Part shown: piece after piece, positions 1 to 11,867 of the stretch
Layout of the letters: every line of letters begins with the position of its first letter
How positions within the stretch are numbered: the first letter of the stretch is position 1
Source: Octopus sinensis
Taxonomy: Eukaryota
DNA length: 64,000 nucleotides
Assembly (NCBI RefSeq): GCF_006345805.1
Contig: NC_042998.1
Location: forward strand, 173,724,001 to 173,788,000
Direction: 5' to 3'
Program-made: the position numbers and the translations under genes
Notes under the pieces: model-generated
The model's database searches: none
What the model was told of the DNA's origin: nothing
What the model saw: only the letters and a program-made list of their open reading frames with translations

Positions 1-575
1 CGTATTTTTGTAAGAAGTTGTATGTATGTAGTATGCTTTTATTTTTGTGTGCAGTATAAATTAACCATATAGAAGCACATGTATGAACTGCTAATTTATC
101 CAGTAGTTCTTCAGTGGTGCGAAGTTTTCGGCAGAATTCTTGGATATCATTTTTTATATCATTTAGGTTCGACCTATGTGGTGTTGCGGGTGAATTTCAA
201 TATCTTTGCTAGAATTTTGATGTCCTGATTCGAAAGAGCTTTATGTGAGAGATTTATCACCTTCGAAATCTCATATTTGGTTGGTGCCATCGAGAGTTCC
301 GGTTTGGGCCCAGTTTGTCTAAAAATTGGTTTCTCTGGTATAAGGAATTAGTGTTCCTGTTAATAGCCCTTCCACTAACTCTTGGTCTTTTGTGGGTTCT
401 TCGTTGTGGCCGTTTCTGAGTTGGGTTGTCGTAATGGTTATATTCTGCTTGGAAGCTGTGGTTATCATGGAAGAACCGACTCGAACGGGAGAAGTTCCGA
501 CTTCTTTTGTCCTGTTCGAAGTCTTCTGTATGTGAGATGTGTCTCGGACGTAGGGAGTTCGTATTTCTCGATCAC
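1..575 (-). mobile_element. Penelope-like element, N-terminal ORF fragment (disrupted; runs off the window)
   Basis: Minus-strand translation gives VINLSHKALSNQDIKILAKILKFT, then after a frameshift DIKNDIQEFCRKLR. Both match the conserved N-terminal motifs of Penelope-like polyproteins. Confidence 0.7.
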
Positions 576-975
576 AAAACATACCACTACAAGCGAAAGC
601 GTCTATTAAAAGAAAGTCAGAGAAACTGTAAATCAAATTCCCCTTTTTTTTAATATTTTCATTTCACACTTTTTTTTTGAGTATGACTTGTCGAAAACAC
701 TAAATTTATTGAACTTTGTACATTCAAACAAATTGCTAAACAGTTTTAATTTTATTGACTGTTATGAACATTCAAACACACCTTCTGTTTTGAACATGTT
801 AATTGAAACATTTTAATTTGTCAACATTGAAACATTTTAGTTTGTCAACATTGAAACTTTTACAATGCTTTTCTAATTTTACACTTTTATCATTGATAAA
901 CAAAAAATATTGTTGAAACTAGTTTTAAACATTAACGAGCTTTTGAAATTTAGGTGCATTTTCAACAACACATTT
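560..975 (-). repeat. AT-rich dispersed repeat abutting the Penelope ORF; inverted homologue at 20995-21410
   Basis: Shared blocks TGTTGTTGAAAATGC, AACTAGTTTCAACAATATTTTTTGTTTATCAATG and GGGATTTG.TTTACAGTTTC occur in both copies in opposite orientation. Confidence 0.55.
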
Positions 976-1019
976 TCCCATCCCTTTTCCTGCGTGGAAA
1001 CACCACCCTCTCTTTTGTA

Positions 1020-1024
1020 ACACA

Positions 1025-1062
<38 letters not shown>

Positions 1063-1078
1063 TACATACATACATACA

Positions 1079-1177
<99 letters not shown>

Positions 1178-1195
1178 ATATGTATGTATGTATTT
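1020..1195. repeat. Compound microsatellite (CA)n(TACA)n(TA)n
   Basis: Seen directly; explains the low-complexity ORFs here. Confidence 0.95.
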
Positions 1196-1390
1196 TATGC
1201 AAAACTAGACACTAGAAGCTAGGCATTCTCCAAGTCTAATGGAGTACCTAAGAAGAAAACCAAACAATACAAAACTAAGCGATTTTCATATATCATGGAC
1301 CCTCAAACATTTCCAATTTACAAGAATGAAGATCAGAATAATAAGACTAAGATATAGGAAATTCACAATCGGGCATAATGTTATATACAT

Positions 1391-1439
1391 TCAAGTCATC
1401 ATCAGCCCAAACGGATACCATTATGGTTTCGACACTTGA
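1391..1439 (-). ncRNA. Hammerhead-ribozyme-like motif, circularly permuted (type II order)
   Basis: Minus strand reads TCAAGTGTC-GAAA-CCATAATG-GTA-TCCGTTTGGG-CTGATGA-T-GACTTGA. It has core GAAA and CUGAUGA, a GUA triplet and pairable stems I, II and III. Confidence 0.55.
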
Positions 1440-1549
1440 TAAATATCATTTAATAAGGCGATTTCTAGGGCGTTAAGAATATAACCATTTCCCGGGATCC
1501 ATCAGCCTATTACAACGTAGAAATAAATAAATAAATATATATAGATAGG

Positions 1550-1581
<32 letters not shown>

Positions 1582-1759
1582 GAGATAGATAGAGAGAGAG
1601 GAGAGAGAGAGAGAGAGAGAATCACCATTACCTTGTTTTTCTCTCATAATCAGCAAGAATCCAACAGCGGGTGATTAACCTTACTATCTTCACCAGAGCC
1701 TTTGTTATATATATAGCAACAATAAATTTCTGATCGTGATGTAGCAGTAGCAGCACAAC

Positions 1760-2036
1760 ATAGTGAAGTGTATTTTCCACATAAATGAGGCTGACCCATA
1801 TGGGACGATGTTATTATAGGTTATATCCCCAGAAAGACATCTCCTCCAGCTGGCTAACGACGCACAGTTTGTACCCGATCACTATTTGCGGGATGATTTC
1901 CCTTCGCAAAAATTGATCGGGCACAGACAGTGTGTCGTTAGCCAGCTGGAGGAGATGTCTTCTTAGGGCTGTAAACTACAGTAGCATCGTTCCATATGAG
2001 TCAGCCATATTCAGGTGGTAAATATACTTCACGATA
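1760..2036. mobile_element. Fold-back MITE-like element (same family as 8530-9034 and 47140-47345)
   Basis: Long imperfect inverted arms (GTGAAGT..GGCTGAC..GACATCTCCTCCAGCTGGCTAACGAC and its reverse complement) around a short loop. Confidence 0.7.
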
Positions 2037-2037
2037 T

Positions 2038-2106
<69 letters not shown>

Positions 2107-2126
2107 CATATATATATATATATATA

Positions 2127-2201
<75 letters not shown>

Positions 2202-2377
2202 CGTCTAATGTGAATACGTACTTCTTTATTTTACTTGTATCTTCTCTCATACTTGCACCCCTGTATGTATATGAGTGAGTGTATGTAGGTTTGTTTTGTT
2301 TTTATTTATGTATATATGTGTGTGTTGTATATGTGTGTATGTATATAAGTATGACTGTATATCCTTATGTGTTAAGT

Positions 2378-2680
2378 AAGTGGAGGCACATGGCCTAGTG
2401 GTTAGAGCGGCGGACTCGCGTTCGAGGGAATGTGGGTTCGAATCTCAGACCGGGCGATGTGTGTGTTTATGAGCGAAACACCTAAGCCCCATGCGGCTCC
2501 GGCTGAAGGTAATGGCGAACGTCTGCTGACTCTTTCACCACAACTTTCTCTCGCTCTTTTCCCCTGCATCTGGCAGTTCACCTGCGACGAACCGGCGTCC
2601 AGTCCAGGTAGGGAACCTATATGCCAAAGAAACCGGGAAACAGGCCCTTATGAGCCAGGCGTGGCTCGAGAAGGAACGAA
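2378..2680 (+). mobile_element. tRNA-derived SINE, type D
   Basis: A box TGGCCTAGTGG, B box GGTTCGAATC, perfect 13-bp TSD TTATGTGTTAAGT at 2365-2377 and 2681-2693. Confidence 0.85.
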
Positions 2681-3980
2681 TTATGTGTTAAGTGTATACG
2701 TTTTTTCTATCACTTCTAATTTTATAGCATTTTTCTTCTTCATATGTTCGTTTTTTGTCCCTACTCTTTCCTGATTGTCACCCCTACCCCGGGCTACATT
2801 TTGAGTAAGGTATCTTGAATTAAACCGGCTGTCTTGTTTGATCGATGTTTTTTCCTTGTTAAGTTCTCTTTTTTGTTTTGTTTTTTCTCTGCATGTATGT
2901 ACATTTTTACTTTAATATTGTAACTTTTTTCAGACGTAGTCTTGCCTATCACTGTTTAGCCACGTTTAAAATATATATACATATATAATTTTTGTGTTTT
3001 TTAATATCAATATGTATATGGGTTTTTTTCTACTAGTCCACCTGTTACGCTATATTCTGTTATACACACGTGGCCCTGTTTATTATACATTGTCTCGACC
3101 TGTTACCATGTTTTTAAACATACCAGTTAGCTATTCATTCTTATTTTTATGTTACACATTACCGCACATATAGACGTGCATACACATTCATATGTCTGTC
3201 GTTTTTCCCATTCGTCTCTTACTATTATTATTACTGATATTCTTTTCCCTTTTAAAACTTATTGCAAATATCCGATTACCCCATTCTTATTCTCCCTTAT
3301 TTTATCTTATTTTAAATTACTCTATTCTATCAAACCTTTCTTGATGTCCTTACAAAACTTCCTCACACTGATGAAAATAACAGTGGATAAATTTAATTAT
3401 AATTTCTATGGTTATATTTTTTCTTACATATTTGTATTTTCCTTTGAAACGCGCGTATGTAGTGAACCTGATTTTGTAGTAAATCTAATTTTGATTCAGC
3501 ATCTTTTTCTCCTTCATTTTTCTATAATTGTTTATGGTATTTCTAAACCTATAACGACTTTTTCAGCTACTATGATGTTGTTTCGTAATTTAACATTTAC
3601 TCAAATATATTGTCGCTGATGCGAAATAATGAAATCAAAATTTATTTACAACAGTACAATATTTATTACTTTAAAGAAAACAAATTTCTAATCTCTGTAA
3701 CTTTTCTCATAGATATGTTGTCTCTCCCACCACCTCTAGCCCTCCTGCTTTTCATTATGCGTGTCTATCTTTTCTTCTCCTTCGATGTTTGTGCGTAGAA
3801 GTTCCTTAATCATTTCCTGCCAGCAAGCCTACTATGTGTATTCATCCTTCACCTCTTATGTTTACTCTCTGAATCTTCTCTTTTCCTACTCTCTCTCCCT
3901 CATTATATGATGTAAATCGGATCATGAATAAATCAAATAACGAACCAACATTTATATCAGATATTATTATTATTATTATT

Positions 3981-4582
3981 CAATAGTTTTATTTTTATAG
4001 CGTGCTTTCACTTCACTACCGAGCGCAGCTCTATGTGCCTTGGGTATGTGCTGTGATTTGTTGTGATGCTCTGATGGTTATTGTATGGAAAGTGTTCTGC
4101 ATATGATGTGTGCAGTGCCTAGTAGTGCAATTTTCTGTATGTTATATGTGTTTGTAAGTCCTGGTGTTTTTGTTATGTATTTGTCTGAATATTTTTTATC
4201 ATGCCTAATGCACCTACTATGATAGGAATTGTTTCTGTTTTCAGATTCCACATTCTAGTTACCTCTATTTCCAGGTCTTTGTATTTTGAGAGTTTCTCCA
4301 TTTCTTTTAGAGACACGTGTCATCTGCCGGTATTGATACATCAATTAGAAAGCATTTTTTTTCTTCATGATCTCTGACAACTATATCTGGTATGTTGGCC
4401 TTAATTTATCTATCTGTGTGTATCGGCATATCCCAGAGTATGGTTGCTTTCTCGTTTTCTGTGACCTTTTCTGGTGTGTGCCTATACCATCTTTTTTCTG
4501 TTGTTATTCCATAATGTTGGCATAGCTTCCAATGTATGTAGGTTCCAACTCTGTCATGTCTGTGAATATATTCCTTCTTAGC
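3981..4582 (-). mobile_element. 5'-truncated R4/Dong-type non-LTR element (RLE endonuclease C-terminus) in an (AAT)n array
   Basis: Translation AKKEYIHRHDRVGTYIHWKLCQHY...PDIVVRD...LIDVSIP...EKLSKYKDLEIEV...PIIVGALG shows the RHD and PD-(D/E)xK motifs. (TAA)n flanks both sides. Confidence 0.85.
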
Positions 4583-4588
4583 CTTCTT

Positions 4589-4667
<79 letters not shown>

Positions 4668-4709
4668 GATTATTATTATTATCATTATTATTATTATTAT
4701 TATTATTAA
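4583..4709. repeat. (CTT)n(TAT)n trinucleotide array
   Basis: Seen directly. Confidence 0.95.
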
Positions 4710-5379
4710 TATCATTCATTGTCATCATCACCATTTTTTATGCTTATATACATATGTATACGCACAAACATACATATATATATATATATATATACCTACA
4801 TAAATACATACGCTCTTGTGTGCACAAATGCAGGGGATCGATTTATATCCTGTAACATATAGACTGTTGTCTAATTTTAAGCCTCTGATTGAGTACATTT
4901 CGTTCATATATAAGGGTTAGTGTCTCATGGAAGAAATTTGCCAATATTTTATGTGGATATTTCACTTTTGATAATTTGGCAACCACTTTTATATTAGTTT
5001 GTATGCAGAAACTTCTTTCTAGTGAGAGGGTACAGATATCGGGTGGACAAATATTATGTCTCACATAAAACCCACAACAGATGAATGAAACACCCTAAAT
5101 AAAATAGATAAAACTTAATCTCAGATGCGTTTTTAATAATACACGTTTAAGAGATATTCTGTTGTGTATATACGCCAATATAAAATTCGTTGTTTATTAT
5201 TTTGTGCAGAATATATATGTACGAAGTACAGTAAGGGAAAACTTTGAAATTACTGCTACTCTCTTCTTCTAAATGTTTAATAAAGAACTACTGTTGAATA
5301 ATTTTCTCTACTTTAATGTTAATTATTTTTTATGTAACATGACAAGAGAACAAACACCATTACATATATATATAGCGCC

Positions 5380-6185
5380 CTCGCGTCGGTTCGATTGGAT
5401 TCGTTCGCTTCGTTCCGTTCTTATTCTCCCAGTACTGTTTTATATATAATTATGACGCGAAATTCCTTATCTTTTTGCTTTACCTTCCCTTGTCTCTCTC
5501 TCTCTCACTCTTCCTCATATCTCTCTCTCAGCCACTTGTCTTCCTCTATCTCGCTCTCTTTCACTCCTCCTCATCTTTGTCACTGCTAGCCAAAACTACT
5601 TTCTTTTACACACGGCCTTCAAACTGTAAAGACACACATTTGTGTTCCCATGCGCTGCCAGAACCTCCTCCGTCTAAGCCAGAAAAAGGCCTTTTCGTTT
5701 GTTTTTCTTGTTTGTTTTCTTGTTTATTTTTATTTCTCGTATTGTATTTTCTTGTACATGTATTTTTAATCTTTTATTTTATTTTGGAGTTTTATTTGTA
5801 TCGTTTTTACGTCCTGTTTGTGTTACATTTTTTCCTTGCTTGTTTTTACCCTTCTGCGAGGTAGTTTTATTTTAATTCTCTCGCGGGAAGGACTCGTTTG
5901 ACGAGTCGTGTTCTGTCTTGCCTTCGAAACACGCTAGAGTCGAACTAGTGACAGGTAATGAAGGGGATTTTTTCCTTGTGTAGTACGTCCTGTACTCTGT
6001 TTTTCTGTTGTAAAAAAATGGTTTTTCCGTTTTCGTTTCTCGTTGAGTTCTACGTCTAGTTATGGTGTCCTGTACTCACGTATATATATTTATATATGCA
6101 TGTATATATACATGTAGGTGTAGGTACGTACATATATGTTTGTATGTATGCATATATTTTATTTATTACACTATATATATATATG
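5380..6185 (+). mobile_element. Probable Penelope-like 3' tail remnant with degenerate hammerhead
   Basis: CT-rich then T-rich tail with TTGACGAG...CGAAAC near 5900. The last ~140 bp are nearly identical to 26590-26730. Confidence 0.4.
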
Positions 6186-6709
6186 TGTGTGTGTATGTAT
6201 GTATGTATGTATGTATGTATGTATGTATGTATGTATGTTGTATGTATGTATGTATGTGTGCACACGAATGGATACATCCAATAGTAATATAGGCGCTGCG
6301 AAAAGTATATAATTAGGGTTTTACTAGCAATCGGTCTCGGGGCGAAGTTAGCTATAAATATTAGCGTATAATGTATTGAATTTTAAAAAAAAACTCTAAG
6401 GGTGGAAGTGTAAGCGGAAAGCGTCCTACCGGATTCAAACCATGTAGAATCTATAAGTCAGATTGACTTGTCAATTATACTAAAACGATCTTGCGTCTTA
6501 CTTTTATTAAATCGTAGACTTTAATTTAACCCACGTGCTTACATTCAGAATGCTAACGTATGATCGAGAAACGGGCAAATAAATCTTTATTAACGGAGTA
6601 ATTAGAAGCGAATTTAGCTATAATTACTACTTACATGCATCTTGAATCTTCTACAAGCGTTACCCCTAGTAAGATTAACGCGTTTAATTCGATGGAAGCA
6701 AAAAGAAAG

Positions 6710-6744
<35 letters not shown>

Positions 6745-7344
6745 ATTATAATGTATCGCCATATATTGTCTATAGCAAAATAGTCTAATATTGGGGTATA
6801 TAAACGCCAGTGGGAGAAAAATGGAGATCAGTACGCGCGGGAATTGAACCCATACCTCTTATTTTCGTGATAAGTGTGCTGACTGGCTCTACCAATATGT
6901 CCATCTCTTCTTTCCCATTAAATTTAGGAACTCTGCGAAAATAAATTTGTGGGTCCGATTCCAATGCGTAGAAATATCCATTTTCCGTCAAGGATTTATA
7001 TGCACTAATATTAGTCTACTATCTTTTTATACTAAATATATAATGAAAGTTTATTATTGTATTTACAAAAGGTTCACTCACACTTGTGAAACACACTTAT
7101 CCAACGTTTCCTGGTCGAAATTTTAATTTATTTCACCAGTTTTCAAGCTGATATAAACAAGACGGTTTGTTGACTGCGTTCGGGGCAGTTGATGTTTGAA
7201 TGAAAACGCTTATATAGAAAACGACACTGAAAAACACAGAAAGTAAAGCATAGGGGAGATGACAAACGTTAGAACAAACATTATACGGATTTTTTAAAAT
7301 GCAGACACATAAAATATATTTACTTTCTTAGCTGATTGAGTGTT

Positions 7345-7536
7345 ATACTACGCCTAGTGAAATGCTTAGGAGTATTTCGTCTGTCTTAACGTTCTGAGTT
7401 CAAATTCCACCGAGGTCGACTTTGTCTTTCATCTTTTCGGAGTCGATAAAGGAAGTACTAGTTGTGCACTGAGGATCGATCTAATCGATTGACCCACCTC
7501 TCACCCAAAATTTCGAGCCTAGTGCCTAGAGTAGAA
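7345..7536 (+). mobile_element. tRNA-derived SINE, type B
   Basis: GAGTTCAAATTCC B box followed by the GTCGACTTTG.CTTTCATC..TTCGG.GTCGATAAA core, which resembles the MetaSINE central domain. Several copies in the window. Confidence 0.8.
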
Positions 7537-7890
7537 AAGAATAATTGGCAACGCAACATGTAAATATGCGAGAAAGCATAAATATATTATATACAAGATT
7601 TTTACATATATATATATGCGAGGTAAATATATACGCGATGTAAATACGCGATGTAAATACGCGAGGAAACATATTATGTACAAGATTTTTGCATATATTG
7701 TATACATGATTATATCATATACAAGATATATAATTTTATATACAAGATATATTACATACACGATTTTTGCATACTTCGAACATAGCTACGTATTTTGCCT
7801 CTTTAACTATTGACTATTAATTTTCTACTCTAACTTAGCTTTATGAATATAATTCATTTAGCCAAACAATTTTTTATTATACTGTTACTA

Positions 7891-8164
7891 CACTGGCGAA
7901 AATAAATTTAAGACCGATTATAAAACTTGTATTTCTTACAAAATATTTTGTTACTAACACCATACAAATTATTTTTATCTTTTACACCTTATGCAGAATT
8001 TATTTCTCTTTCGAATGATGCAGACAATAACAATTTTCATTCGAAAGAGAAATTATTTCTGCATAAAGTGTAACAGATAAAAATAATTTGTATGGTGTTA
8101 GTAAAAAAATATTTTATAAGAAATAGAACTTTTATCATCGGTCTTAAATTTATTTTCGCCAGTG
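7891..8164. mobile_element. Tc1/mariner-type MITE (fold-back)
   Basis: TA|CACTGGCGAAAATAAATTTAAGACCGA...TCGGTCTTAAATTTATTTTCGCCAGTG|TA, with ~125-bp inverted arms and a TA TSD. Confidence 0.85.
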
Positions 8165-8529
8165 TATATTAACAACAATTCACTAGTTGATATAGTAAAC
8201 TTTCTTTCTCTTTTGCTACATGTGTATTAAAAAAAATAAATTTATTTCCAGACAGAAAAAGTTTACTAAAAACATCTCACAAAAGTAAGTCTCCCTCACT
8301 TTATACTCTTACAAAATGTTTCACGTACAAATGTCAGTAATATTTTCAAAGCCCATCTATTGTGGATAAGGATAATGGAAGAGGGAGAAGCCGATAGGCA
8401 GAAACAATGGGTTGATTTTGCCGAAGACCAATTGGTGGTAGAAATTTTAATTTCATAACAATTACAAAGTTATCACCCTTGAAATATACTCTTATAGCAA
8501 ACGTATATTTGATAAAACATTTTATACAT

Positions 8530-9034
8530 AATGTGAGGTATACTAGCCATCTCAATATGGCTAACCACTAAGGGTGGGTGTTACTGTAGCTTGTAGCCCT
8601 AGAACATCGTCTCCAGCTGGCTTTAGGCACACTTTCTGTGCCCTTATGGTATTTGCGAAGGGAGGTCACCCTTCCCTCGTCAACCTGTCATCAGCGTACG
8701 ACAATCACCGGTTTTCGATGAAGGGAGGTCCCAATGCAAATTCTTATATCGTTTTTCCAGTAACTTTTTGTCACTGATTTCGAAATCAGTGACAAAAAGT
8801 TCATCGAAAACCGGTGATTGTCGTTCGCTGATGACAGGTCAAAACCTAGAAACTGCAGTCCGTGCGTATCACTTAGGTTGACGAGGGAAGTGTGACCTCC
8901 CTTTGCAAATACAATAAGGGCACAGAAAGTGTGCCTAAAACCAGCTGGAGACGAGGTTCTCCTGGGGCTACAAGCTACACTAACACCCACCGTTAGTGGT
9001 TGGCCATATTGAGATGGCTAGTATACCTCACATT
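8530..9034. mobile_element. Fold-back element, ~500 bp, with a perfect 40-bp palindrome at 8762-8801
   Basis: Arms AATGTGAGGTATACTAGCCATCTCAATATGG... and ...CCATATTGAGATGGCTAGTATACCTCACATT; centre AACTTTTTGTCACTGATTTCGAAATCAGTGACAAAAAGTT. Confidence 0.8.
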
Positions 9035-9779
9035 GTCGTGCAGTTACTGTTTATATCTCGTTCAGAGATTTATTATTCTATATATACCTTTTAAAAATTC
9101 GTATTTCCCAATCAGTACCAGCGGATTACTTTTTCGTTAAAAATGTTATGAATAGTTTAGTTTATTAAGTGGCAGAGTCTGTGAGTATCAAGGTAAGCCA
9201 CTATTAACTGAACTAGTGGGGCACATAGACTGAGCTGGAAATGCAGCCAAGATAGAGAAGGAGTGTGAGTTAGAGGTAAGAATTGTAAATACCGAGCAAC
9301 AAAAAGAGCAGACGGCATGAATATACGTTTTTAAAACAAAACTTTTATCATATATAGTAGTATTAAAAACGAACTTCTGAAGTAAAATCTGTACAGAAAA
9401 TGTTTATTAAAGCAATATTGACTTCAGAACTGTTAAATGCAATAGAAATACAATAATTTACTGAGATAAACGGAATGTAACATATTCAAGCAAATAATAA
9501 CTTTTGTATTGGCTATATTTACAATGGTTTTAAATGTTATGTCATGAAGGTATATTATTGAAACTGACAATTTCAGGCTGCAACAACAATATGTAAGAGT
9601 ATATCGGTGATTTTCTAAACAATGTTAGTACTACAATCATATGAAATAGTGATAAATGAGTACATAATTGTATCTAAATTGTAGGTGCATATATGTAGTG
9701 TGTTAAGAACGTCTGCTAAAACGAAGAATTAGGGGAAATGTAACTCGATTGAAAATATTGAAAATTGTATATCATTTGT

Positions 9780-10835
9780 AATAATTTGTTTCCATGCTCC
9801 ATTATCCGAATATCGCAATTGTACATATACAAATGAAAATATTTTTCATTAGACCTAATTTTAAGTTACTAAATCCGATTTTCAAAATTTGATTGATTTT
9901 GCATTTTGTGTGGGCAACAAGGAATTTGAAAGTATCAAAACTATACTTGTTACACTTATGTAACCTTTTATAATCAATCATAACTAACATACACGCATAT
10001 ATGAATACAAAAACTTGTATTCATATATTAAAAGTTAAAACTTAAAGATAAGTATAGGCGCAGGAGTGGCTGTGTGGTAAGTAGCTTGCTAATCAACCAC
10101 ATGGTTCCGGGTTCAGTCCCACTGCGTGACATAATAATTTGTTTCCATGCTCCATTATCCGAATATCGCAATTGTACATATACAAATGAAAATATTTTTC
10201 ATTAGACCTAATTTTAAGTTACTAAATCCGATTTTCAAAATTTGATTGATTTTGCATTTTGTGTGGGCAACAAGGAATTTGAAAGTATCAAAACTATACT
10301 TGTTACACTTATGTAACCTTTTATAATCAATCATAACTAACATACACGCATATATGAATACAAAAACTTGTATTCATATATTAAAAGTTAAAACTTAAAG
10401 ATAAGTATAGGCGCAGGAGTGGCTGTGTGGTAAGTAGCTTGCTAATCAACCACATATTCCGGGTTCAGTCCCACTGCGTGACATAATAATTTGTTTCCAT
10501 GCTCATTATCCGAATATTGCAATTGTACATATACAAATGAAAATATTTTTCATTAGACCTAATTTTAAGTTACTAAATCCGATTTTCAAAATTTGATTGA
10601 TTTTGCATTTTGTGTGGGCAACAAGGAATTTGAAAGTATCAAAACTATACTTGTTACACTTATGTAACCTTTTATAATCAATCATAACTAACATACACGC
10701 ATATATGAATACAAAAACTTGTATTCATATATTAAAAGTTAAAACTTAAAGATAAGTATAGGCGCAGGAGTGGCTGTGTGGTAAGTAGCTTGCTAATCAA
10801 CCACATGGTTCCGGGTTCAGTCCCACTGCGTGACA
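9780..10835 (+). repeat. Near-identical tandem triplication, unit ~352 bp, each unit ending in a SINE A head
   Basis: The same 62-aa ORF recurs at 9802, 10155 and 10506 (offsets 353 and 351). Confidence 0.95.
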
Positions 10836-10923
10836 TCTTGGGCAAGTGTCTTCTGCTATAGCCCCGGGCCGACCAATGCCTTGTGAGTGGATTTGGTAGA
10901 CGGAAACTGAAAGAAGCCTGTCG

Positions 10924-10974
<51 letters not shown>

Positions 10975-11195
10975 TTGTGTGTCTGTGTTTGTCACCCCAA
11001 CATCGCTTGACAACCGATGCTGGTGTGTTTATGCCCCCCGTAACCTAGCAGTTCGGCAAAAGAGACCGATAGAATAAGTACTGGGCTTACAAAGAATAAG
11101 TCCCGGGGTCGATTTGCTCGACTAAAGCGGTGCTCCAGCATGGCCGCAGTCAAATGACTGAAACAAGTAAAAGAGAAAAGAGAGTAAAGAGAGAA
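10761..11195 (+). mobile_element. tRNA-derived SINE, type A (full length)
   Basis: GGCGCAGGAGTGGCTGTGTGG head, GGTTCAGTCCC B box, internal (TA)n(TG)n, tail CCAGCATGGCCGCAGTCAAATGACTGAAAC(AAGTAAAAGAG)n. Confidence 0.9.
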
Positions 11196-11477
11196 TACAC
11201 TGAGCAATTACTAATCTTCATATGACAAAAAATGTTATTAATTAATGTCATAAAAATACAAGACAGTCTAGTAGGAAACGAACAGAAAAAACACAAGGGT
11301 GCACTTCAGCGGTTCATTTGACATTTGGCGATTCGACTATGGTGTTTTATGGGGTAAAGATACATATACATATAAAAGCCTAAGTACGCCGATTTAAACA
11401 CCCACGAAAACACCGCATTCCCTGCCGCCATCTCACAGATACCCAGTTGTTCGGTTAGCATACATACCCATATATAT

Positions 11478-11668
11478 TCTTTTATTCTTTACTTGTTTCA
11501 CCAGCTTTAGTCGAATAAATCGAACCTAAGACTTATACTTTTTAAGCCAAGTACTTATTCTATCAGACTCTTTGCCGAAGCGTCAAGTTACAGGGACGTA
11601 AATATACCAACATCGGTTGTCAAACGATAGTGGGGAGGGGGAGAAAACACAGACACACAAATACATAC

Positions 11669-11710
<42 letters not shown>

Positions 11711-11867
11711 GTGTGTGTGTGTATATATTATAATATATATATATACGACGGGTTTCTTTCACTTTCTGTCAACCACGTTAACTAACTACTATAGTAGAAG
11801 ACATTTACCGAAGGTCACACGCAGTAGGACTGAACCCGGAGCCGTGTGGTTGGGAAGCAAGCTTCTT
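11478..11867 (-). mobile_element. SINE A, 3' part (interrupted; head at 13295-13333)
   Basis: Similarity to the 10761 copy stops at GGGAAGCAAGCTTCTT and resumes at 13295. Confidence 0.85.

Noticed and set aside
6830-6900. tRNA-like sequence on the - strand (TGGTAGAGC...GGTTCAATTCC)
   Set aside because: No convincing cloverleaf; at most a decayed SINE head or tRNA pseudogene.
7100-7145. Hammerhead-like CTGGTGA...GAAACGTT on the - strand
   Set aside because: Core substitution at A6 and no clear stem II.
9780-10835. Regular repeats as a CRISPR array
   Set aside because: Eukaryotic context, whole 352-bp units are identical with no unique spacers, and there are no cas genes.
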